From Eledone cirrhosa (taxonomy: Eukaryota): a DNA stretch of 64,000 nucleotides. The notes beneath the pieces are model-generated. The model saw only the letters and a list, made by a program, of their open reading frames with translations. It did not search any database and was not told where the DNA came from. The DNA is taken from the NCBI GenBank assembly GCA_964016885.1, contig OZ024745.1, forward strand, positions 8,556,001 through 8,620,000, read 5' to 3'. Shown here one piece after another: positions 1 through 13,612 of the stretch. How positions within the stretch are numbered: position 1 is the stretch's first letter; each line of letters starts with the position of its first letter. Both the position numbers and the translations under genes were made by a program.

Positions 1-3000
1 TAGGGTCGGTGGGGTAGTGTTGGCTACAGGACAGTCTAGGGTGGGTGGGATAGTGTTGGCTACAGGACAGTCTAGGGTGGGGTGGGGTAGTGTTGGCTAC
101 AGGACAGTATATGGTGGGGTGGGGTAGTGTTGGCTACAGGACAGTCTAATGTGGGTGGGGTAGTGTTGGCTACAGGACAGTCTAGGGTGGGTGGGGTAGT
201 GTTGGCTACAGGACAGTCTAATGTGGGTGGGGTAGTGTTGGCTACAGGACAGTGTATGGTGGGTGGAAAGTGTTGGCTACAGGACAGTCTAGGAAAGGTG
301 GGGTAGTGTTGGTTTCAGGACATTCTAAGGTGGGTGGGGTAGTGTTGGCTACAGGACATTTTAGGGTAGGTGGGGTAGTATTGGCTACAAGACAGTCTAA
401 TGTGGGTGGGGTAGTGTTGGCTACAGGACAGTCTACGGTGGGGTGGGGTAGTGTTGGCTACAAGACATTCTAAGGTGGGTGAGGTAGTGTTGGCTACAGG
501 ACAGTCTAGGATGTGTGGGGTAGTGTTGACCACAGGACAGTCTAGGGTTGGTGGGGTAGTGTTGGCTACAGGACAGTCTAGGGTGGGTGAGGTAGTGTTG
601 GCTACAGGACAGTCTAGGATGGGTGGGGTAGTGTTGGCTACAGGACAGTGTAGGATGGGTGGGGTAGTGTTGGCTACAGGACATTATAAGGTGGGTGGGG
701 TAGTGTTGGCTACAGGATAGTCTAGGGTGGGTGGGGTAGTGTTGGCTTCAGGACAGTCTAGAGTGGGTGGGGTAGTGTTGGCTACAGGACCATCTAGGGT
801 GGGTGGGGTAGTGTTGGCTACAGGACAGTCTAAGGAAGGTGGGGTAGTGTTGGCTACAGGACAGTCTAGGGAGGGTGGGGTAGTGTTGGCTACAGGACAG
901 TATAGGTTGGGTGGGGTAGTGTTGGCTACAGGACAGTCTAGGGTGGGGTAGTGTTGGCTACAGAACAGTCTAGGGTGGGTGGGGCAGTGTTGACTACAGG
1001 ACAGTCTAGGGTGGGGTAGGGTATTGTTGGCTACAGGACAGTCTAGGGTGGGGTAGTGTTGACTACAGGACAGTCTAAGGTGGGTGGGGCAGTGTTGACT
1101 ACAGGACAGTCTAGGGTGGGGTAGGGTAGTGTTGGCTACAGGACAGTCTAGGGTGGGTGGCGTAGTGTTGACTACGGAACAGTATAGGGTGGGTGGGGTA
1201 GTGTTGGCTACAGGACAGTCTAGGGTGGGTGGGGTAGTGTTGGCTACAGGAAAGTCTAAGGTCGGTGGGGTAGTGTTGGCTACAGGACAGTCTAGGGTGG
1301 GGTAGTGTTGGCTACAGGACAGTCTAAGGTCAGTGGGGTAGTGTTGGCTACCGGACAGTCTAGGGTGGGTGGGGTAGTGTTGGCTACAGGACAGTCTAGG
1401 GTGGGTGGGGTAGTGTTGGCTACAGAAAAGTCTAAGGTCGGTGGGGTAGTGTTGGCTATAGGACAGTCTAAGGTCGGTGGGGTAGTGTTGGCTACAGGAC
1501 AGTCTAAGGTCAGTGGGGTAGTGTTGGCTACAGGACAGTCTAGGGTGGGTGGGGTAGTTTTGGCTGCAGGACAGTCTAGGGTGGGGTGGGGTAGTGTTAG
1601 CTACAGGACAGTCTAGGGTGGTGGGGTAGTGTTGGCTACAGGACATTCTACAGTAGGTGGGTTGTGTTGGCTACAGGACAGTCTAGGGTGGGTGGGGTAG
1701 TGTTGGCTACAGGACAGTCTAGGTGGGTGGGGTAGTTTGGCTACAGGACAGTCTAAGGTTGGTTGGGTAGTGTTGGCTACAGGACAGTCTAAGGTGCGTG
1801 GGGTAGTTTGGCTACAGGAGAGTCTATGGTGGGTGGGATAGTGTTGGCTACAGGACAGTCTAGGTTGGGTGGGGTAGTGTTGGCTACAGGACAGTCTAGG
1901 GTGGGTGGGGTAGTGTTGGCTACAGGACAGTCTAGTGTGGGGTAGTGTTGGCTACCGGACAGTCTAGGGTGGGGTAGTGTTGGCTACAGGACAGTCTAGG
2001 ATGGGTGGGGTAGTGTTGGCTACAGGACAGTCTAGGGTGGGTGGGGTCGTGTTGGCTACAGGACAGTCTAAGGTGGGTGGGGTAGTGTTGGCTACAGGAC
2101 AGTCTAGGGTGGGTGGGGTCGTGTTGGCTACAGGACAGTCTAAGGTGGGTGGGGTAGTGTTGGCTACAGGACAGTCTAAGGTGGGTGGGGTAGTGTTGGC
2201 TACAGGACAGTCTAAGGTGGGTGGGGTAGTGTTGGCTACAGGACAGTCTAGGGTGTGGTAGTGTTGGCTACAGGACAGTCTAGGATGGGTGGGGTAGTGT
2301 TGGCTACAGGACAGTCTAGGGTGGGTGGGGTCATGTTGGCTACAGGACAGTCTAAGGTGGGTGGGGTAGTGTTGGCTACAGGACAGTCTAAGGTGGGTGG
2401 GGTAGTGTTGGCTACAGGACAGTCTAGGGTGGGTGGGGTCGTGTTGGCTACAGGACAGTCTAAGGTGGGTGGGGTAGTGTTGGCTACAGGACAGTCTAGG
2501 GTGGGTGGGGTCGTGTTGGCTACAGGACAGTCTAGGGTGGGTGGGGTCGTGTTGGCTACAGGACAGTCTAAGGTGGGTGGGGTAGTGTTGGCTACAGGAC
2601 AGTCTAGGGTGGGTGGGGTCGTGTTGGCTACAGGACAGTCTAAGGTGGGTGGGGTAGTGTTGGCTACAGGACAGTCTAGGGTGGGTGGGGTCGTGTTGGC
2701 TACAGGACAGTCTAAGGTGGGTGGGGTAGTGTTGGCTACAGGACAGTCTAAGGTGGGTGGGGTAGTGTTGGCTACAGGACAGTCTAAGGTGGGTGGGGTA
2801 GTGTTGGCTACAGGAGAGTCTATGGTGTGGTAGTGTTGGCTACAGGACAGTCTAGGATGGGTGGGGTAGTGTTGGCTACAGGACAGTCTAGGGTGGGTGG
2901 GGTCGTGTTGGCTACAGGACAGTCTAAGGTGGGTGGGGTAGTGTTGGCTACAGGACAGTCTAAGGTGGGTGGGGTAGTGTTGGCTACAGGACAGTCTAGG

Positions 3001-6000
3001 GTGGGTGTGGTAGTGTTGGCTACAGGACAGGCTAGGGTGGAGTACTGTTGGCTACCGGACAGTCTAGGGTGGGGTAGTGTTGGCTACAGGACAGTCTAAG
3101 GTCGGTGGGGCAGTGTTGGCTACAGGACAGTCTAAGGTCAGTGGGGTAGTGTTGGCTACAGGACAGTCTAGGGTGGTCTGGGTAGTGTTGGCTACAGGAC
3201 ATTCTAAGGTGGGTGGGGTAGTGTTGGCTACAAAGCAGTCTAGGGTGGGGTAGTGTTGGCTACAGGACAGTCTAGGGTGGGGTAGTGTTGGCTACAGGAC
3301 AGTCTAGGGTGGGTGGGGCAGTGTTGACTACAGGACAGTCTAAGGTGGGTGAGGTAGTGTGGGCTACAGTACAGTCTAAGGTGGGTGGGGTAGTGTTGGC
3401 TACAGTACAACCTAGGGTCGGTGGGGTAGTGTTGGCTACAGGACAGTCTAGGGTGGGTGGGGCAGTGTTGACTACAGGACGGTCTAGGGTGGGTGAGGTA
3501 GTGTTGGCTACAGGACAGTCTAGGGTGGGGTGGAGTAGTGTTGGCTACAGGACAGTCTAGGGTGGGGTGGGGTAGTGTTGGCTACAGGACAGTCTAGGGT
3601 GGGTGGCGTACTGTTGGCTACAGGACATTCTAGGGTGGGTGGGTAGTGTTGGATACAGGACAGTCTAAGGTGGAGTGGGTAGTGTTGGCTACAGAACAGT
3701 CTAGGGTGGGTGGGATAGTGTTGGCTACAGGACAGTCTAGGGTGGGTGGGGTAGTGTTGGCTACAGGACATTCTAGGGTGGGTGGGTAGTGTTGGATACA
3801 GGACAGTCTAAGGTGGAGTGGGTAGTGTTGGCTACAGAACAGTCTAGGGTGGGTGGGATAGTGTTGGCTACAGGACAGTCTAGGGTGGGTGGGGTAGTGT
3901 TGGCTACAGGACAGTATAGGTTGGGTGGGGTAGTGTTGGCTTCAGGACATTCTAAGGTGGGTGGGGTAGTGTTGGCTACAGGACAGTCTAAGATGGGTGG
4001 GGTAGTGTTGGCTACAGGACATTCTAGGGTGGGTGGGTAGTGTTGGCTACAGGACGGTCTAGGTTGGGTGGGGTTGTGTTGGCTACAGGACATTCTAAGG
4101 TGGGTGGGGTAGTGTTGGCTACAGGACATTCTAAGGTGGGTGGGGTAGTGTTGGCTACAGGACATTCTAAGGTGGGTGGGGTAGTGTTGGCTACAGGACA
4201 TTCTAAGGTGGGTGGGGTAGTGTTGGCTAGAAAGCAGTCTAGGGTGGTTGGGGTAGTGTTGGCTACAGGACAGGCTAGGGTGGGGTAGTGTTTGCTACAT
4301 ACAGAACAGTCTAGGGTGGGTGGGGTAGTGTTGGCTACAGGAACTTCTAGGGTGGGTGGGGTAGTGTTGGCTGCAGGACAGTCTAGGGTGGAGTGGGTAG
4401 TGTTGGCTACAGGACATTCTAAGGTGGGTGGTGTAGTGTTGGCTACAGGACATTCTAGGGTGGGTGGGGTAGTGTTGGCTACAGGACAGTCTAAGGTGGG
4501 TGGGGTAGTGTTGGCTACAGGACAGTCTAAGGTGGGTGGGATAGTGTTGGCTACAAGACAGTCTAGGGTGGGGTGGGGTAGTGTTGGCTACAGGACAGTC
4601 TAGGGTGGGTGGCGTAGTGTTGGCTACAGAACAGTATAGGGTGGGTAGGTAGTGTTGGCTACAGGACAGTCTAGGGTAGGTGGGGTAGTGTTGGCTACAG
4701 GACTGTTTAGGGTGGGTGGGGTAGTGTTGGCTACATGATATTCTAGGGTGGGTGGGGTAGTGTTGGCTACAGGACAGTCTAGGGTGGGGTAGTGTTGTCT
4801 ACAGGACAGTCTAAGGTTCGTGGGGTACTGTTGGCTACAGGACAGTCTAAGGTCAGTGGGGTAGTGTTGGCTACAGGACAGTCTAGGCTGGAGTAGTGTT
4901 TGCTACAGTACAGTCTAGGGTTGGGTAGTGTTGGCTACAGGACAGTCTAGGATGGGTGGGGTAGTGTTGGCTACAGGACAGTCAAGGGTGGGTGGGATAG
5001 TGTTGGCTTCAGGACAGTCTAGGTTGGGGTGGGGTAGTTTTGGCTACAGGACAGTCTAGGGTGGGTGGGGTAGTGTTGGCTACAGGACATTCTATGGTAG
5101 GGTGGGGTAGTGTTGGCTACAGGACAGTCTAAGGTGGGTGGGGTAGTGCTGGCTACAGGACAGTCTAGGGGTGTGGGGTAGTGTTGGCTACAGGACATCT
5201 AGGGTGGGTGGGGTAGTGTAGGCTAAAGGACGACCTAGGGTGGGTGGGGTAGTGTTGGCTACAGGACATTCTAAGGTGGGTGAGGTAGTGTTCGCTACAG
5301 GACAGTCTAAGGTTGGTGGGGTAGTGTTGGCTACAGGACATCTAGGGTGGGTGGGGTAGTGTAGGCTAAAGGACGACCTAGGGTGGGTGGGGTAGTGTTG
5401 GCTACAGGACGATCTAGGTTGGGTGGGGTAGTGTTGTCTACAGGACAGTCTAGGGTGGGTGGGGCAGTGTTGGCTACAGGACAGTCTAGGGTGGGTGTGG
5501 TAGTGTTGGCTACAGGACAGTCTATGGTGTGTGGATAGTGTTGGCTACAGGACAGTCTAAGGTGGGTGGGGTAGTGTTGGCTACGGGACAGTCGAGGGTG
5601 GGTAGGGTAGTTTTGGCTACAGGACAGTATAGGTTGGGTGGGGTAGTGTTGGCTGCAGGACAGTCTAGGGTGGAGTGGGTAGTGTTGCCTACAGGACAGT
5701 CTAGGGTGGGGTTGGTAGTGTTGGCTACAGGACATTCTAATTTGGGTGGGGTAGTGTTGGCTACAAAGCAGTCTAGGTTGGGTGGGGTAGTGTTGGCTAC
5801 AGGACAGTCTAGGGTGGGGTAGTGTTGGCTACAGGACCTTCTAGGGTGAGTGGGGTAGTGTTGGCTACAGGACAGTCTAGGGTGGGTGGGGTAGTGTTGG
5901 CTACAAAGCAGTCTAGGGTGGGTGGGGTAGTGTTGGCTACAGGACAGTCTAGGGTGGTGGGGTAGTGTTGGCTACAGGACCTTCTAGTGTGGCTGGGGTA

Positions 6001-9000
6001 GTTTTGGCTACAGGACAGTCTAAGGTGAGTGGGGTAGTGTTGGCTATAGGACAGTCTAGGGTGGGGTAGTGTTGGCTACAGGACAGTCTAGGGTGGGTGG
6101 GTAGTGTTGGCTACAGGACAGTCTAGGGTGGGTGAGGTAGTGTTGACTACAGGACAGTATAGTGTGGGTAGGTAGTGTTGGCTATAGGACAGTCTAGGGT
6201 GGGGTAGTGTTGACTACAAGACATCCTAGGGTGGGTGGGTAATGTTGGCTACAGGATAGTCTAGGGTGGGTAGGGCAGTGTTGGCTACAGGACAGTCTAA
6301 GGTGGGTGGGGTAGAGTTGGCTACAGGACAGTCTAGTATGGGGTAGTGTTGGCTACAGGACAGTCTAGGATGGGGTAGTGTTGGCTACAGGACAGTCTAG
6401 GGTGGGTGGGGCAGTGTTGACTACAGGACAGTTTAAGGTGGGTGAGGTAGTGTTGGCTACAGGACAGTCTATGGTGGGTGGGGCAGTGTTGACTACAGGA
6501 CAGTCTAGGGTGGGTGAGGTAGTGTTGGCTACAGGACAGTCTTGAGTGGGGTGGGGTAGTGTTGGCTACAGGGCAGTCTAGGGTGGGGTGGGGTAGTGTT
6601 GGCTACAGGACAGTCTAGGGTGGGTGGCGTAGTGTTGGCTACAGAACAGTATAGGGTGGGTGGGTAGTGTTGGCTACAGGACAGTCTAGGGTGGGTGGGG
6701 TAGTGTTGGCTACAGGACTGTCTAGGGTGGGTGGGTAGTGTTGGCTACAAGACAGTCTAGGGTGGGTAGGGTAGTGTTGGCTACAGGACAGTCTAAGGTC
6801 GGTGGGGTAGTGTTGGCTACAGGACAGTCTAAGGTGGGTGGAGTAGTGTTGGCTACTGGACAGTCTAGGGTGGGGTAGTGTTGGCTACAGGAAAGTCTAA
6901 GGTCGGTGGGGTAGTGTTGGCTACAGGAAAGTCTAAGGTCGGTGGGGTAGTGTTGGCTACAGGACAGTCTAGGGTGGGTGGGGTAGTGTTGGCTACAGGA
7001 CAGTCTAGGGTGGCTGGGATAGTGTTGGCTACAGTACAGTCTAGGGTCGGTGGGGTAGTGTTGGCTACAGGACAGTCTAGGGTGGGTGGGATAGTGTTGG
7101 CTACAGGACAGTCTAGGGTGGGGTGGGGTAGTGTTGGCTACAGGACAGTATATGGTGGGGTGGGGTAGTGTTGGCTACAGGAGATTCTAATGTGGGTGGG
7201 GTAGTGTTGGCTACAGGACAGTCTAGGGTGGGTGGGATAGTGTTGGCTACAGGACAGTCTAATGTGGGTGGGGTAGTGTTGGCTACAGGACAGTCTAGGA
7301 AAGGTGGGGTAGTGTTGGCTTCAGGACATTCTAAGGTGGGTGGGGTAGTGTTGGCTACAGGACAGTCTAGGTGGTTGGGGTAGTGTTGGCTAGAGGACAT
7401 TCTATGGTAGGGTGTGGTAGTGTTGGCTACAGGACAGTCTAGGGTGGGTGGGGTAGTGTTGGCTACAGGACAGTCTAGGGTGGGTGGGGTAGTGTTGGCT
7501 TCAGGACAGTCTAGAGTGGGTGGGGTAGTGTTGGCTACAGGACAGTCAAGGGTGGGTGGGGTAGTGTTGGCTACAGGACAGTCTAAGGAAGGTGGGGTAG
7601 TGTTGGCTACAGGACAGACTAGGGTGGGTGGGGCAGTGTTGACTACAGGACATTCTATGGTAGGGTGGGGTAGTGTTGGCTACAGGACAGTCTAAGGTGG
7701 GTGGGGTAGTGCTGGCTACAGGACAGTCTAGGGGTGTGGGGTAGTGTTGGCTACAGGACATCTAGGGTGGGTGGGGTAGTGTTGGCTACAGGACAGTCTA
7801 GGGTGGGTGGGGTAGTGTTGGCTTCAGGACAGTCTAGAGTGGGTGGGGTAGTGTTGGCTACAGGACAGTCAAGGGTGGGTGGGGTAGTGTTGGCTACAGG
7901 ACAGTCTAGGGTGGGGTAGTGTTGGCTACAGGACAGACTAGGGTGGGTGGGGCAGTGTTGACTACAGGACATTCTATGGTAGGGTGGGGTAGTGTTGGCT
8001 ACAGGACAGTCTAAGGTGGGTGGGGTAGTGCTGGCTACAGGACAGTCTAGGGGTGTGGGGTAGTGTTGGCTACAGGACATCTAGGGTGGGTGGGGTAGTG
8101 TAGGCTAAAGGACGACCTAGGGTGGGTGGGGTAGTGTTGGCTACAGGACATTCTAAGGTGGGTGAGGTAGTGTTCGCTACAGGACAGTCTAAGGTTGGTG
8201 GGGTAGTGTTGGCTACAGGACATCTAGGGTGGGTGGGGTAGTGTAGGCTAAAGGACGACCTAGGGTGGGTGGGGTAGTGTTGGCTACAGGACGATCTAGG
8301 TTGGGTGGGGTAGTGTTGTCTACAGGACAGTCTAGGGTGGGTGGGGCAGTGTTGGCTACAGGACAGTCTAGGGTGGGTGTGGTAGTGTTGGCTACAGGAC
8401 AGTCTATGGTGTGTGGATAGTGTTGGCTACAGGACAGTCTAAGGTGGGTGGGGTAGTGTTGGCTACGGGACAGTCGAGGGTGGATAGGGTAGTTTTGGCT
8501 ACAGGACAGTATAGGTTGGGTGGGGTAGTGTTGGCTGCAGGACAGTCTAGGGTGGAGTGGGTAGTGTTGCCTACAGGACAGTCTAGGGTGGGGTTGGTAG
8601 TGTTGGCTACAGGACATTCTAATTTGGGTGGGGTAGTGTTGGCTACAAAGCAGTCTAGGTTGGGTGGGGTAGTGTTGGCTACAGGACAGTCTAGGGTGGG
8701 GTAGTGTTGGCTACAGGACCTTCTAGGGTGAGTGGGGTAGTGTTGGCTACAGGACAGTCTAGGGTGGGTGGGGTAGTGTTGGCTACAAAGCAGTCTAGGG
8801 TGGGTGGGGTAGTGTTGGCTACAGGACAGTCTAGGGTGGTGGGGTAGTGTTGGCTACAGGACCTTCTAGTGTGGCTGGGGTAGTTTTGGCTACAGGACAG
8901 TCTAAGGTGAGTGGGGTAGTGTTGGCTATAGGACAGTCTAGGGTGGGGTAGTGTTGGCTACAGGACAGTCTAGGGTGGGTGGGTAGTGTTGGCTACAGGA

Positions 9001-12000
9001 CAGTCTAGGGTGGGTGAGGTAGTGTTGACTACAGGACAGTATAGTGTGGGTAGGTAGTGTTGGCTATAGGACAGTCTAGGGTGGGGTAGTGTTGACTACA
9101 AGACATCCTAGGGTGGGTGGGTAATGTTGGCTACAGGATAGTCTAGGGTGGGTAGGGCAGTGTTGGCTACAGGACAGTCTAAGGTGGGTGGGGTAGAGTT
9201 GGCTACAGGACAGTCTAGTATGGGGTAGTGTTGGCTACAGGACAGTCTAGGATGGGGTAGTGTTGGCTACAGGACAGTCTAGGGTGGGTGGGGCAGTGTT
9301 GACTACAGGACAGTTTAAGGTGGGTGAGGTAGTGTTGGCTACAGGACAGTCTATGGTGGGTGGGGCAGTGTTGACTACAGGACAGTCTAGGGTGGGTGAG
9401 GTAGTGTTGGCTACAGGACAGTCTTGAGTGGGGTGGGGTAGTGTTGGCTACAGGGCAGTCTAGGGTGGGGTGGGGTAGTGTTGGCTACAGGACAGTCTAG
9501 GGTGGGTGGCGTAGTGTTGGCTACAGAACAGTATAGGGTGGGTGGGTAGTGTTGGCTACAGGACAGTCTAGGGTGGGTGGGGTAGTGTTGGCTACAGGAC
9601 TGTCTAGGGTGGGTGGGTAGTGTTGGCTACAAGACAGTCTAGGGTGGGTAGGGTAGTGTTGGCTACAGGACAGTCTAAGGTCGGTGGGGTAGTGTTGGCT
9701 ACAGGACAGTCTAAGGTGGGTGGAGTAGTGTTGGCTACTGGACAGTCTAGGGTGGGGTAGTGTTGGCTACAGGAAAGTCTAAGGTCGGTGGGGTAGTGTT
9801 GGCTACAGGAAAGTCTAAGGTCGGTGGGGTAGTGTTGGCTACAGGACAGTCTAGGGTGGGTGGGGTAGTGTTGGCTACAGGACAGTCTAGGGTGGCTGGG
9901 ATAGTGTTGGCTACAGTACAGTCTAGGGTCGGTGGGGTAGTGTTGGCTACAGGACAGTCTAGGGTGGGTGGGATAGTGTTGGCTACAGGACAGTCTAGGG
10001 TGGGGTGGGGTAGTGTTGGCTACAGGACAGTATATGGTGGGGTGGGGTAGTGTTGGCTACAGGAGATTCTAATGTGGGTGGGGTAGTGTTGGCTACAGGA
10101 CAGTCTAGGGTGGGTGGGATAGTGTTGGCTACAGGACAGTCTAATGTGGGTGGGGTAGTGTTGGCTACAGGACAGTCTAGGAAAGGTGGGGTAGTGTTGG
10201 CTTCAGGACATTCTAAGGTGGGTGGGGTAGTGTTGGCTACAGGACAGTCTAGGTGGGTGGGGTAGTGTTGGCTAGAGGACATTCTATGGTAGGGTGTGGT
10301 AGTGTTGGCTACAGGACAGTCTAGGGTGGGTGGGGTAGTGTTGGCTACAGGACAGTCTAGGGTGGGTGGGGTAGTGTTGGCTTCAGGACAGTCTAGAGTG
10401 GGTGGGGTAGTGTTGGCTACAGGACAGTCAAGGGTGGGTGGGGTAGTGTTTGCTACAGGACAGTCTAAGGAAGGTGGGGTAGTGTTGGCTACAGGACAGT
10501 CTAGGGAGGGTGGGGCAGTGTTGACTACGGGACAGTCTAGGGTGGGTGGGGTAGTGTTGGCTACAGGACAGTATAGGTTGGGTGGGGTAGTGTTGGCTAC
10601 AGGACAGTCTAGGGTGGGGTAGTGTTGGCTACAGGACAGACTAGGGTGGGTGGGGCAGTGTTGACTACAGGACAGTCTAGGGTGGGGTAGGGTAGTGTTG
10701 GCTACAGGACAGTCTAGGGTGGGTGGGGTAGTGTTGACTACGGAACAGTATAGGGTGGGTGGGGTAGTGTTGGCTACAGGACAGTCTAGGTTGGGTGGGG
10801 TAATGTTGGCTGCAGGACTGTCTAGGGTGGGTGGGTAGTGTTGGCTACAGGACAGTCTAGGGTGGGTGGAGTAGTGTTGACTACGGAACAGTATAGGGTG
10901 GGTGGGGTAGTGTTGGCTACAGGACAGTCTAGGGTGGGTGGGGTAGTGTTGGCTACAGGACAGTCTAGGGTGGGTGGAGTAGTGTTGACTACGGAACAGT
11001 ATAGGGTGGGTGGGGTAGTGTTGGCTACAGGACAGTCTAGGGTGGGTGGGGTAGTGTTGGCTGCAGGACAGTCTAGGGTGGGTGGGGTAGTGTTGGCTAC
11101 GGGAAAGTCTAAGGTCGGTGGGGTAGTGTTGGCTACAGGACAGTCTAGGGTGGGGTAGTGTTGGCTACAGGACAGTCTAAGGTCGGTGGGGTAGTGTTGG
11201 CTACAGGACAGTCTAAGGTCGGTGGGGTAGTGTTGGCTACAGGACAGGCTAGGGTGGAGTAGTGTTGGCTACCGGACAGTCTAGGGTGGGTGGGGTAGTG
11301 TTGACTACAGGACAGTCTAGGGTGGGTGGGGTAGTGTTGGCTACGGGAAAGTCTAAGGTCGGTGGGGTAGTGTTGGCTACAGGACAGTCTAGGGTGGGGT
11401 AGTGTTAGCTACAGGACAGTCTAAGGTCGGTGGGGTAGTGTTGGCTACAGGACAGTCTAAGGTCAGTGGGGTAGTGTTGGCTACAGGACAGTCTAGGGTG
11501 GGTGGGGTAGTGTTGGCTACAGGACAGTCTAGGGTGGGGTGGGGTAGTGTTAGCTACAGGACAGTCTAAGGTGGGTGGGGTAGTGTTGGCTACAGGACAG
11601 TCAAGGTGGGTGGGGTAGTGTTGGCTAGAGGACATTCTATGGTAGGGTGTGGTAGTGTTGGCTACAGGACAGTCTAGGGTGGGTGGGGTAGTGTTGGCTA
11701 CAGGACAGTCTAAGGTTGGTTGGGTAGTGTTGGCTACAGGACAGTCTAAGGTGTGGTAGTGTTTGCTACAGGACAGTCTAGGATGGGTGGGGTAGTATTG
11801 GCTACAGGACAGTCTAGGGTGGGTGGGGTCGTGTTGGCTACAGGACATTCTAAGGTGGGTGGGGTAGTGTTGGCTACAGGACACTCTAAGGTGGGTGGGG
11901 TAGTGTTGGCTACAGGACAGTCTAGGGTGGGTGTGGTAGTGTTGGCTACAGGACAGGCTAGGGTGGAGTACTGTTGGCTACCGGACAGTCTAGGGTGGGT

Positions 12001-13612
12001 TAGTGTTGGCTACAGGACAGTCTAAGGTCGGTGGGGCAGTGTTGGCTACAGGACAGTCTAAGGTCAGTGGGGTAGTGTTGGCTACAGGACAGTCTAGGGT
12101 GGGTGTGGTAGTGTTGGCTACAGGATAGGCTAGGGTGGAGTACTGTTGGCTACCGGACAGTCTAGGGTGGGTTAGTGTTGGCTACAGGACAGTCTAAGGT
12201 CGGTGGGGCAGTGTTGGCTACAGGACAGTCTAAGGTCAGTGGGGTAGTGTTGACTACAGGACAGTCTAGGGTGGGTGTGGTAGTGTTGGCTACAGGATAG
12301 GCTAGGGTGGAGTACTGTTGGCTACCGGACAGTCTAGCGTGGGGTAGTGTTGGCTACAGGACAGTCTAAGGTCGGTGGGGTAGTGTTGGCTACAGGACAG
12401 TCTAAGGTCAGTGGGGTAGTGTTGGCTACAGGACAGTCTAGGGTGGGTGGGGTAGTGTTGGCTTCAGGACAGTCTAGGGTGGCTGGGATAGTGTTGGCTA
12501 CAGTACAGTCTAGGGTCGGTGGGGTCGTGTTGGCTACAGGACAGTCTAGGGTGGGTGGGGTAGTGTTGGCTACAGGACAGTCTAGGGTGGCTGGGATAGT
12601 GTTGGCTACAAGACAGTCTAGTGTGGGTGGGGTAGTGTTGGCTACAGGTCAGTCTAGGATGGGTGAGGTAGTGTTGGCTACAGGACAGTCTAGGGTGGGT
12701 GGGGTAGTGTTGGCTACAGGACAGTCTAGGGTGCGTGGGGTAGTGTTGGCTACAGGACAGTCTAGGGTGTGGTGGGTAGTGTTGGCTACAGGACAGTCTA
12801 GGGTGGGTGGGGTAGTGTTGGCTACAGGACAGTCTAGGGTGGGTGGGGTAGTGTTGGCTACAGGACACTCTAGGGTGTGGTGGGTAGTGTTGGCTACAGG
12901 ACAGTCTAGGGTGTGGTGGGTAGTGTTGGCTACAGGACAGTCTAGGGTGGGTGGGGTAGTGTTGGCTACAGGACAGTCTAGGGTGCGTGGGGTAGTGTTG
13001 GCTACAGGACAGTCTAGGGTGTGGTGGGTAGTGTTGGCTACAGGACAGTCTAGGGTGTGGTGGGTAGTGTTGGCTACAGGACAGTCTAGGGTGGGTGGGG
13101 TAGTGTTGGCTACAGGACACTCTAGGGTGTGGTGGGTAGTTTGGCTACAGGACAGTCTAGCGTGTGGTGGGTAGTGTTGGCTACAGGACAGTCTAGGGTG
13201 GGTGGGGTAGTGTTGGCTACAGGACAGTCTAAGGTGGGTGGGGTAGTGTTGGCTACAGGACAGTCTAGGGTGGGGTGGGGTAGTGTTGGCTACAGGACAG
13301 TCAAGGGTGGGTGGGGTAGTGTTGGCTACAGTACAGTCTAGTTTGGGAGGGGTAGTGTTGGCTACAGGACATTCTGAGGTGGGTGGGGTAGTGTTGGCTA
13401 CAGGACAGTCTAAGATGGGTGGGGTAGTGTTGGCTACAGGACAGTCTAGGGTGGGGTGGGGTAGTGTTGGCTACAGGACAGTCAAGGGTGGGTTGGGTAG
13501 TGTTGGCTACAGGACAGTCTAGGGTGGGAGGGGTAGTGTTGGCTACAGGACATTCTGAGGTGGGTGGGGTAGTATTGGCTACAGGACAGTCTAGAGTAGG
13601 TGGGTAGTGTTG
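1..13612 (+). repeat. 36-bp G-rich satellite, left arm (consensus TCTAGGGTGGGTGGGGTAGTGTTGGCTACAGGACAG)
   Basis: Continuous tandem units of 36 bp (32-37 bp variants from G-tract indels), seen as 12-aa periodicity SRVGGVVLATGQ in the ORF track. Runs off the left edge of the window. Confidence 0.98.
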
